From: Penicillus capitatus
Lineage: Eukaryota > Plantae > Chlorophyta
Length of the DNA stretch: 64,000 nt
Assembly: GCA_965649825.1 (NCBI GenBank)
Contig: OZ287714.1
Coordinates: 62,001-126,000, forward strand
Direction of reading: 5' to 3'
Positions 50,301-62,300 of this stretch are shown here, one piece after another. Position 1 is the first letter of the stretch. Every line of letters starts with the position of its first letter. Under the pieces are notes generated by a model, which had not been told where the DNA came from, searched no databases, and was given only the letters and a program-made list of their open reading frames with translations. The position numbers were made by a program, and so were the translations under genes.

Positions 50301-53300
50301 TGGCAGCCCTCAAATTGTCTGTACAGATCATCATATTCTTCATAATGATTCTGGAGTCGCTCGACGTAAGGTTGACTGGCTTCTGCTGCATGTGTATACA
50401 TCGACGTCTGTGGATCTTCAATTGCAGACGAGGCTGTCGCCATGTACATGTGATGCGTCGCAGCACGGAATTCAATGTGACATCCTCCAGGTGGACCAAC
50501 CAGAGCCGTCGTTCTATGAGACCGACAAAGCTGCTTCAAAGGAAATCGCCGTATCGAATGGATGCAGTGATCTACCGAAACTGTGATCACAAGGTTGAAG
50601 CGCGCTGGTACTGAAACGACAAACGGCATGCTGTCAGTGGAGCCAGGCTGGACGACCCAGTCAAGGTAGAAGGGGCCACCCTCCCCTCCTTCGCATGTCA
50701 CCTTCAGTTGACTTCCGTATGACTCAAACAACCGAACGTCGATGTTCCAGGAATCCACTTCGACGATCAGCGGGACAAGTTTCAGTCCTATCTTTTTCAG
50801 ACCTATTGGTTTTCGTGGTTTTCGAGCCGTGCTTTGTTGTCGGACAGATTCTTGCTTTTCCAAGATGTCCTGTAATCTTTTGCTCTGATCCAGATACACC
50901 GATCTCGGAGTGGCATACCACTTCGGCTGCATTTCTCTTCGATAGCATGCATCAACCTCGCGCCAGAACTCGGCATACAGTTTTGTCGTTTCTTTTGCTT
51001 TGAGGCGCAACTGCTGACCGAGACTTTGTTTCTGTTCCGTATTTCGGATCCACAAATTTCTCCATCTATTTGTCGCAGCGGATCTTATTTGTTCCTTGGC
51101 TTCGAGGAGCTTCGAAATTTGCATCCTGTATTGCTCATCGCAATCCTGACATGCCGACTGACGCAGCGATACCTCTTCAAAACACGCTCCGAGCTTTCCA
51201 ATCAGGGCACTGCTGGATTCGCGCATGTCTCCCGAGATCGCCCGGCAGAGTTGCATCAGGTAACTGCTCGTTGTTTCCAGGACGCGCTCAGCTGATTCAT
51301 CGAAGGTAAGATTCGCAGACAGGATACTTGGAACGTTTGTCTGCATGAGATCCTTGGAGACTCTCACCATCTTTTCGAGCACTTCGAGGGACACTGAAGA
51401 AGGAAGGGCGTGATACTCTCTCCATTTCTTCAGCATTTTCTGCCCTGCTCCAGACAGCAACTGGGACAAAAGGGTCGCCGCGGTCATCAGAACTTCGATC
51501 TCGTGATCTGAGAAATCCCTCATGACGGTGGCCATGTTCGCTTGCGATAGAGTGGCCTGGAGAGACGTCACATCCTGAAAATCGGCCAAGATGATGGCAG
51601 ACTTGAGATGATCATCCTTGTATCTTGCAGCAGCGAGGCGTTCAGACAGTGGTTTGAAGGATTGGTCGGCATTCGTTTTCTTCTGCAGAGATCTAGTGAT
51701 GCAGAGAACGCATTCCAAGAACCACTGTGTGCGCAGATTTCCCATGTACTGAATCAACAGGGGCTTTGGATTTCTACGTGTCTGGATCATCACACCTGAT
51801 AGTCTCTTGAATCCATTCTCCAGACTCGCGAAGGTTTCTTGGACCTGGGACACCTCTGCGTGTGCCAGACTCATATCCGACAGGTTGACGCCGACATCAA
51901 AAACTTCCCGGAAGCACTGAGATTCTTCGTTTGTCATGCCGCAATGTGATGGCCCATTTGACAGATCGTGCACCGCAAGGTGCATTTCCGCCATGCTCCG
52001 GAAGAATAGATGGGCATAGCAGGATGCACTCTGGTAGAGATCAGCATTCTCCGAGATGTGACTGTCCATCAAAAAGAGAAGCTGGAAAGGATTCGACAGA
52101 GAGCCGGTCTCCATTGCCGATCTGATTCCAGCGGCGCAGCTCTTCCAGAGCGAAGGCAAGCGATCCAGGTCCTTCTGAAAACTGCTGTTCTCGTGTGAAC
52201 GTAACGGAGGAAGTCTTCCGCTCTCTGCCGCTTTCCTGTACCAGGTCACTGGATTCTGTGCATCGACAAGGGCATTGTAGTGTCCCACAATTCTCAGCGC
52301 TGTGTTTTCGGTGTATTCCACGGCAGACCGCAACGCCCCATCCTGTCTAAGTCTGCCTCGGAGGATGCGGAGATCTTTTCGAACATTCAGGAGGTCTTCT
52401 GATGCTTTTGCGATGCTGTCTTCATCAAAGGAGCGATCCATGCACACGTCTCTGAGAGTGTCACATCCATCCAAGAAGCTTCTCTCCAGATCGGTGACGC
52501 GCAGCACATTCACAGACTCCTTCGCACAGTTGCGGGAGATGAGTTGCATGATGCGTCTGGATCCAAGAGAGGCGACAGTGCAAAGAGACTGCAGAGCGTT
52601 GCGGAAAGGATCTCCGATGTTCAGATCTGACAGCTGCTCGCGCTTGAATGCATCCAGTTCTCGACACAACTGTTCAAGCGCGATAATCCATTCTGAGTGA
52701 ATGCCATCACTATCCCTGAACATGACGAGACCGGAACGGGCGGCGTTCTCGATTAATAATGCATAAGCGTCCGCAATGTCGTCTTCTGCCTTCAAGTAAC
52801 TCTCAAAGTATTCTGTCTCGTATCCGAAGATACGACTGAGACAATGCAGTCCGTCCTGCAACAGATCCCGTAGGGAAGACGAGAGACGCTGACAGATTTT
52901 GGGCTGCAATCGACGAAGCCGATCTTCTGCGTCTATCATCTTTTCTCCGAGTTCATTTTTCTTGTTGGTCAACGTTTCGATCCTTTCTTCGACTTGTATT
53001 CCCTCTGCAGTGCGCATCCACCAGGCGGTGTCCATGAAGTCCGAGTCAGAAATAGGATGATAGATTCTTCGCTCCTTTACTTCCTCCAGCTCGTCACGTG
53101 CCTTTTTCAGCTCGTCTGTGGTATGCTTGCACACCATCCTCAGTTCCTTTGCAGTTCTCTGCTCCTCAACGGAATCCGAAAGTTGTAGAAGCGAAGACAG
53201 GAAGCTGAAATTCTGTCTGATCATCAGAACAGGCAACGCAATGAACTGCAGACTGATCAACGCCTCCTTCACAGATTCTGTATGCGCGTCACCAGATTCT

Positions 53301-56300
53301 GATGCAAGCTTCAGTCCCCAATCAGAATCGAGAAATGCCGCCACCGCGTTTCCGACCGTTTTTGTGATGCCACTGAAAACGTAGATGATATCACCGTTAT
53401 CCCTCTGGTAGCCGTAGGACACCAGTCGACCTCTTCGACGCATCTTCTGTACGGGATCGTCTCCTGCAGAAGCCGAACTCCTTTCGTCCGTCAGATCCAT
53501 CAGTGTGCGTTGCGTCATCTTGAAGTCTCCGCAGAAAAGAACAGCGATGTCTTCCACAGAAAGTCCGGCAGATAGGAAAGAAGATGCCACATTGGTCATC
53601 GTGGCAGATTCGTCCAGACATGTCGAGAGATCCATGCTGTGTGTTCGCAAGGCGTCGAAGACCTGATGAGCCATCAGCATCGAACAGGAGTTGTCTTCCG
53701 TGCACAGTGATGTGATCGAGGCCAATGCGTTTTGTATTTCTTGAGTCTTGTCAGGATGAAGCATCTTGTTCTGCTCTTCAAGAAGGAAGTCTGCCTTGGC
53801 GTTCATCAGTTCCACCGCGGCCTCCTGAATCAGGCCATCGCAGACCTCGGAGTCGAGTGCGCGGAATTTCATTCGAATGGACAGAGCACCAGGAAAGACT
53901 CCCAAATCCGACAGCTCTTCCAGGACATCCTTCTTCTTACTGAGGTCGTCGTCGTCAAAATCATAGCTTCGCAGGACCTCCATGCTCTTCCGCAGACGTG
54001 CATGGAATGCCGTGCTCTTGGCCATCCACATCAGAGTCTTCATGGAACTCTCTGCTCGATCCGTGAGGGAGGCAACGCGTCTAACAATCTCCACGTGTGG
54101 ATTCTCGACTGTATGGTCTGCAGGAGATGCCACTGAAGAAACGAGTGAGAAATCACAGCTCTGCAGACAGATGGATAGGTTTCGCGCGAAGGTCTCACAC
54201 TCTTTGGAGATGACAGGTGGATGTCGAGCATTCTTCTTCTTCGCCTGATCGAGTTCAGCTTTGAGGCTATTGTACCTACTCTGGTACTGGACCAGAAGCG
54301 CCTTACTGATGCGCACAGAACGCCTTGTCAATGCACTGAGCGCCGAAGCAGCCTCGTCCATCACGGCTCTGTCTGCGATTTCTCTTGCTTTGAGCCAGAG
54401 CTCTTCGTAACCGGATCTCAGATCGGATGCGGCGTTGCTGGATCTGTCATCATCTGACCCCTTCCTGGACGAAGGTCTGGACAACGAATCATTTGCATCC
54501 GCCGCGGCGTGCAAGCTCTCGGTCAGCGCCCTTTCTCGGACTTCAGATTGCAAGAGGCGGACGTACTGATCCTTGAGTCGCAGGAAGATCTCGTAGAGAT
54601 TGTTGGCCTCCAAAGCTGTTCTGGATATACCCAATTCATCGACAAGATCCTTCAAGTTATCATCCCAGTCGTCGAACTCCTGTGCCGACTTCTTCCTATC
54701 GAGCTTGATCTTGTCTCTGTCCGCGATCAGAAATCCATTGAAATAGGCAATCGATCCAAGAACAAACGCAGTCACCGCATTGCACTTGGTCCACAGACCT
54801 GGGTCAGATGTATCCAGATGTACCAGAGAATACTCGATCAAGAACTCTCGTAGGCGCAGTACTGGACGGATATAATCCAGCGCGAAGAATAGATCTCCAT
54901 GCGCTGCTCGAATGTCACGTTCGAGCTCAGATGCTTTCGACACCAGATCTTCACTCGGGAACTTCTTCAATGCCTCAAAGTGCTCAAGAAAGCTGTAGGC
55001 GATGGAGGCCGATTCTCGTCGGTCAGGCTGTGTTGCCTCTGTCTTGATTTTCGCCATGCTTTTCCTGACTTCGGCTTCGACCCATGCCACGAACTGCTTG
55101 CTGAAAAGATCTTCAACAGACGAGATGTCAGACTCGTTCTCGATGTTCCCGTACTGCTGTCGGTAAAGAACAGAGTCGAGCTTCAGCACGCCGTGGTACA
55201 GCAAAGGTGCCCGGGAGAAATCCTGCCTCCTGCTGGGTACCTTCACCTTCCTGATCAGATCCTTCCACGTACGGACAGCTTCGGAAGGCGCTGTACTGTG
55301 AGGAGTCGGATGATTCTGGCCATAAGACTGCAGTGCGTCGAGGAAAACGAGCAGACCGCTGCCCAATCGCGACAACGGTCCCTCAATCGTCGCTGTTCCG
55401 GGCAGCCGCTGCACATCGGAGAGGTCCATCTTGTATTCCGTATGCATCTCGGTCCATTTCCTGAGCCACGTCAACTGCGAAAGATCGGACGGCCCACAGC
55501 AGTAGGGTCTGACGTTTACGGATGTCTCCCTGCCAGCGTCTGAAGGTGTCTTCTCAAAAACAACAAGCGACGCTAATGCTGCAATTCTCTGCTCAGCAGC
55601 CAGCTCTGCACAAAGAATGACAGCAGAGACGGTGCTTTCCCTGCCGTCAAACGGATCGAGTGCGAGATTCTCTTCTGTGCACAACACGATCCGACACGGA
55701 ATGGGATTCTGCCACTCCGAGAAGCAAACCCCGAGCCATATCAGGGCAAGCTCATTGGCGCACATATCCTGTGGTTGGTCCTTCATTCTCGAACCGAGCA
55801 GAGAGGGGAAAACCGCATCGAGATTCAAATTCTTTCTTCCAGTCTCTCTGCCGGCGGACAGATCGTTCAAGATCTTTGCGTGGAACTCCACAGTGGCTGT
55901 CCATTCGTCCGCGAACAGGAACACGGCATCTTGTGACTGAACAATAGCATCGAGCCGTTCAATGTAAGGAGCCATGTCGGGCATGGTCACGCCATCGACC
56001 TCCTCGTCAGGAGGGAAGTCTTCGGTTTCAGATCCGTCGGAAGAATATTGAAAACTCCGACCACCAAAGGGCCAGATGGTCTTTCCAACATCCACAGCAT
56101 ATTTCCAGTATCCTTGTCCTCTCTTGGCCGATTTGTAAACCTCCATGGCTTCGTGAACGAGATGCCGCAGCTCCTCGATCTTCTTCGCCTGGCACAGGAG
56201 CTTCTGCAGGTCCAAGATGTGTCCACCACTTCCGGGGACTCTCTGAACCGTCAACAGACGTTCGTCCACCATCAATGTCGTCTTCCATCTGAGCGACGTC

Positions 56301-59300
56301 ATGGCTATCTGCAATGCCATTCTTCTGCGTTCTTCTGCCAAGCGTTGATTACTCTTCAGAAGATTGACAATGACATGTCTGAGTTTCATGTCCGATGTCG
56401 ACACCCTTTCCGACAGCAGCTTCTCCAAGTTGTAGTTCACTGCCTTGTCAGAACAAACGCCTTGCGCTTGGAGCAATTCTCTGTAGCACGTCGCGAAGGA
56501 GACATCTTCGAGCGGGACAAAATAGACGGAGAGGTTTCCTATGGGGCGCCAGTGCCGCACGACATCGACGATCTTCTTGCCATCCGAAGACAACTCGGAC
56601 TGCGCCGAAAGGACTTCCAGCAGATCCTCGAGTTCCTTCAGCACATCTGCAATGTCCTCGATCATGAAGCGCCTGTCTTCCCAGTCAGTGTACGAGGAGT
56701 TGGCGACGAGCTGCTCGCACAAAGACACCAGCTTCTGAGGATGATCACAGACGAAATCCAGCCGTTGCCTCTCGTTGAGATGGACGGCCTTGAAGAACTC
56801 TGTCAGCGGAGGACATCCTGTGCTGTCGCAGACGCGTTGGAGTGTATCCTTGGTCCTGGCCCCTCTGGGAACTTCCTCCGCGAGTTTGCGAATCGTCGAC
56901 TCCTCCTGCGGATACAGCTTCACCGCCACTCGATTCATGAACTGGAGGACGAGTCGTTCGAATGCGTCCATGTCCTGGATCTTCATGATGTGTCCGAACA
57001 GGATCTTAAGGGAAACGTGGACGACGGATGCAAAGATGAGGCGGATGTTTTTGCTCTCGGCGACAAACGGCTTGACGGCGTCTCTGCTCTGTCGAATGGC
57101 ATAGAACTTAGACGGTGGCACTTCTGCTGCCGCCTCGCAAGCGCTTCGAATGACTTCCTTCAGCTTCACCCAGTCTCCTTCGTCCTCCAAGAGAGATGCA
57201 TAGACTCGCCATGCTCCCCACACAACAGCATTGAAAACAGGCTGATCGTTTCTGAGGAGAGAGATGACGAGGGAGGATGCTTCAAGCAGTGTGCGCAAAC
57301 TGATGCCAGAGTCCTTTGCAATGGTAACCTGGCAGTTCCTGGCAAGCTCTTTGACTCTCGCGTGGACAAAGCAGAGGAGCTGAGCAGACATGTTGCCTCC
57401 GGCGTGGGAAGCGAACCTCTCTGACAGAATCTCCACGACTTCGTGCTTCTCTAGGGATTCGAATGTTGCTTCGGAGACCCCTGCATCGATCTCGGGTAGC
57501 CAGATCTTGATCATTCTGTTCAGAAGGGGGTTGGACAGCTTGTGTGTGTTGATCCTGTTGAGGTCCGCCGTCGCAAAGAGCCGAGTATCTGGATGGATGC
57601 CGCATTGCCTCGACAGCCTTTTCCCCTCTGCATGCTCGTAGAGATTCAAGAAGGGCTCCTCTTCGAAGAGCGACAGCACTCTCTCGATCACTTCGGGAGG
57701 TGCGGCGTTGATGTTGTCGAACAGAATGAACGTTCCAGACTTGAGAGCCTTCACGAGATCGGAGGTCACAAACTGAAAGACGACTGTCCTGTCTGCATCA
57801 TCCATCGACGGCGGTAGCTTGTCTGACAGGACATGCAGTTCTTCGGCAAAGGAGACCGTCGATCCTCCATCGATGCTCTCCAGGAAATCGACGGCATCCT
57901 TCAGTCCTTGAACCAGTTCGTGGCCGATCCCCAAGTCAAACCGATGGAATCGCTTGTCGCTGGACGCTTCTTGGGACGGATCGCTGCCGCACCGCGCCTT
58001 CTTGATCGCTCGGTAAAACTCCGTCTGCTTGTCCTTGGGAATGCGTTCGCAGAGAGCAAGTCCGGTTCTTATGATTCTGTCGCGAAGGTGCAGAAGTGCT
58101 TGGAGGACTTGGCCGTGAATAGAGTCTGTCCTTGCCGGCAACCACTGGCCGACCAGATCGGAGACATCACAGTCTCTGTGCAACGAGAGCACTAGTAACG
58201 GTCTGCCTGTCAAGGCCGCCAGCTCCTTCACCAGGCACGTCTTCCTGGAGCACGTCGGTCCCTGCAGCAGGACGGTCCTGGTGGACTGGCTGGCCGCCGC
58301 CAGCAATTCGAGCTGCGCGACCGTCTCTTTGGTGTGCACCAGAAGTCCGGAGGATGCGCGATCGGGATTCTTGTCTAAGTAAACGCTTCCGATGCGGACC
58401 AGATTGCTCACGGATGTGTCAATGGAAGTGCTGTTCGCTTCATCGACCAGGAGTTTTGGCGGTTCAACCGCATCGTCGATGGCTCTCTGGATGCGTTCCT
58501 GCGCAGCCTGGTTCTCGAATCGATGCTTGAAGACGAGCTGCAATGCGTTGCGAAGCACGGCATCCACCACGGCGGCTCTCTCTTCGTCCGAAAGGTCTTT
58601 TCTCGAATCATCTGTCGCCACGATCTTGTAGTGAGACACCTGATCGCCGACGTTGCCAGCCACGATGTCTCTGACGGCCACGAGGTCGCGCAGATTGAAT
58701 CTCTGCTTTCTGCTGGCACCTCTGATTTCTCCCGTCTCGACCAGCAGGTGTACGCTCGTGAAAACGTCAAAGAGCTGCTGGATGCTGTTCTCACTGACGA
58801 CGACCTTTTGACCGATGCGGTCGCTGAAAAGCTTCTTCAGAATCTCAAACAGTTCGTCATTGCTCTGGGGATCGAGCTCGACGGTCGTAAAGAGATTCCG
58901 GATGGATCTGGAGAGCTTCGTTCTGCCTCCCCCCTCGGCAGCAGGGTTCATCGTGGCGAAGATGTGGACATCCTTCACCGTTAGATTCTTTGCCCCCGAC
59001 TGACCGGGAATCGCCAATCCGTGCTCGACAGCCGATCCGTTGAGCAACGGAACGAGCGATTCCAACACCTGAGGCGACAGCAGGTTGATCTCGTCCAGCA
59101 GTATCCATCTGCCTTGCTTGATTGCCTCGACGAGCTTGCCATCCATCCAATCGAATGTCCGCCGATTGTCCTTGTACTGCGGCACGTCAGATCCGAACAA
59201 CTGCTCTGCGGTCGTGTCGCTCGAACAGTTGATGCGTTCCACTCCTGTCCCCAGACGCCCGGCCACTTCGACCACGACTGCTGTCTTCCCGATCCCTGGC

Positions 59301-62300
59301 GGCCCTTCGAGCAGCAGAGGTGTCTTGGTGCAGACGGAGGCGAAGATGCGAGCGGTGTTGTCCACGACTGTGGGAGTTCTATGCAGCGAAGGTCGCCATG
59401 CGTTGTCCCCTTCTGTCTGAGGGGGAATGCTCAGTGCGAGACCCACACCATCCAATCGAGCCAATCGATCGCCTCTACCTATTCGATCTTCGATCGTGAT
59501 GCCAAAAGAGGAGGCGCTGTTCCCTTCCGTGGCCTTGACTTCGTCCAGTGCGTTGTCCAAGGCGCGAACTTCATCGCCGAAATGATTCAACAGGATGTTC
59601 TTTTGCTGTTCTGGCGTCAGGCCGAGGAGATAGAAGTATCTGGCTCCCAGCAGGATGATTCTCTCGAAAGTCATGGTCTCCCTCGGATGGTGTATGACAA
59701 AGTTGGCCCATCTGAGAGTTCTTCGGAAATCGGCGCATGGATTCTCGTGCGTTTCTTCCACAGATGCAGACTGGATGGCTCGGATGGCATCCATCAGTTG
59801 AGAAGCTTCATTCGGATAATCATCTTTCATCTCGCAGAAGAGCTTCGCATCGACAATCGACATGATATCCTCACTGGAGTACGCCGGGATGTGGATTCGC
59901 GTGATCCTGCTCTTGGTGGCCTCCGAGAGTCGCGGTTTCTTGGCAGCGGACTCCAAATATGCCGTTGCTACGAACGCGTAACCCGTCTCTGGAATATCCA
60001 GCGTCGCAGCACCGATTCCGCTGAGCGATGTGTCCTCAGGAATGGAGAATGTCGGATCCAGCTCGAGTGCACTGTTCAGTCGTTCTGTCACAGACTGTGG
60101 ACATCGATCGTAGTCTTCGAGGACGCATATGTGCTTCAGGGTGATGGCATTGACAAACGGACCATCACGGAAGACAAAGCATCCATGGCTCTTAGCCCGA
60201 CTGGCATCCGACATAAACGCACACAACTGGTTCATTCGATGGACTGCTCGTTCCAGGGCAGCTGGTGGGTGCTGATCGAAGACCTCGTTGAGCAAATCAA
60301 CGATCTCCCTGACCGTTTCGAGGACTGAGTTAAATGCTCTGTATTCGGGCTCTTCGGCGCGTTCCCTTGCTTCGCTGATCTCGACTTCTGCTTCTGCATC
60401 TGGATGCCGGTCGCCAGAGAAACCGCAAGCAACATCCATCGATTCCTGTTCCCTCTGAGCGGGGCCTCCGTCTTCGTCAGATCCTCCCCATTCCGTACCG
60501 CTGCTTGAACCATCACCGGATCCCTGGTCCTCGGCGGCCGGCGAATCCTCCTTGTTCTCATCCGTGTCAGAGGGTGCAGACTGTGTATCGCTGACAGAGT
60601 CGGCCGAGCGCCGATCATCTGGGTTCTTTGGTCTTCTCTTGAAGAGTTCGTTGAGCACACTGATTCTTCTGGGAAGATCGCTCGCGCAGTCAGTCCGTCG
60701 AATGCTGCGTTGTCGGTTTTCGGACTTGTCACTCACGATGAGCTCTGCCTCGATCTCTCGGAGAATGAAGTTGCCGATGGACAGCAACATCTCAAGGACT
60801 TCCACTGTGGATGCTAGACGCACTTGGCCGATCAGCTCCGTCGCTTCGGAATCGGACGTCAAGTGTACCATCTGTGCCCTGTCCATCATCTCAGAGATCT
60901 CCAGCCACGTCCTGATCAGTTCTGTCTTGAACGAAGTCTCTCCGTACAGGAGCACTGGTTCCCTCGCCTTCATCGTGAATGCCAACTCGACGAGCTTATC
61001 TTGAAAAATCTTGGGAGGGAACTTCGCAGCACTGCCGTGTTTCCACAGACGGCTTCGATCCAGTCGATATCCACCGAAGGAAACACGGAGAGGTCCCTGG
61101 AAAAACGAGAGCCCGTGACTCGTCTCCTGGATGTGCTTCTCCTTGCAGGATCTTGCAATTATCTCTGCTTCTTCGCCGAATGCCTGTCTGATGAGCGACA
61201 GGAGCTGCTGTCCTTCGTCCTCTGTGGAGACCAGTGGATTGAGCAGTGACATGGCGACAGCGGCCCAAGATGTTGTTCCTCCTGCGTTCTCTGCTCGGAG
61301 AAGCTTGAAACGGCGAACCACCTTGATCAGGTCTCTCATGGTTAGACGGAAGATCCCGGTGGACGCAAAGTACAGACTGGACAGACGCTCTGCGTCTGCC
61401 ATGCTCACGATGTCCCTGTACTCTTCCCTCTGGAATCTCCTGTAGATGATGTCGGCGAATTCTTCTTGCGGAAAGTCGCCCACACCCACCTCCAGGAAAC
61501 GGTTCCGCACCGTAATTGGCAGGAGTTTTCTTCCGTCTCCACCTCCGTGGAATGGATTTTGCGTGGCGAAGAATCTGAATTCTGGATGGACGTTGATCGT
61601 CATGCCGGTGCCCGGAATCTGAACCACCCGCGAGCCCTCCAGGAACGGCATCAGTGCTGCGGCTACGGAGAGGGGTGCGAGATTGAACTCATCTGCCACG
61701 AACCAGTCTCCGTTCTCCATGGCTTGAACGAGGACGCCTTTGGAGTAATGAAATCCGGCCTTGTCGGGCAGCCATGTCCCGAAGTAGTCCTGCAGCGTGG
61801 TGGTGTCGCTGTTGCTCAGAACAGTGACAGGGTTGCTGCGTCCACGGAACATCCTCAGTCCTCTGATCAGAGCAGTCTTTCCCACTGCCGGCTTTCCTTC
61901 GAGGAGAATGGGTTTGTTCGTGCAGACGCCGAGCAGAACGGCATCGGCGTATGCTTCTCTCGATCGAGTCAGCACCAGTTCCGGATCCACCTCGACGCTC
62001 TCACGCAGTTGCAGTCTGCTCAGAACGTCCGAACGGCAGCCCATGTGATCCAGCAGGTCACTGCTTTGCTGTCGGTCCTTGGCGCGGAAGACAAATGCTG
62101 CCATCAGTGCACAATGCAGGCAGTCCCTTGCATCTGTCTGCGGATACCGGACCATCAGGTTTGTCGCGATGTCCAGGAATGTGACGAAATGTCTGAAGCT
62201 GCACCTTCCTCCCTGCCTGTGCAGAAAGCTTCGGATTCTCAGACAGTAATCGCAGATGCCTTCGGCATGCTGTCGACAATGCTCGTCGCACAGGGAGCAT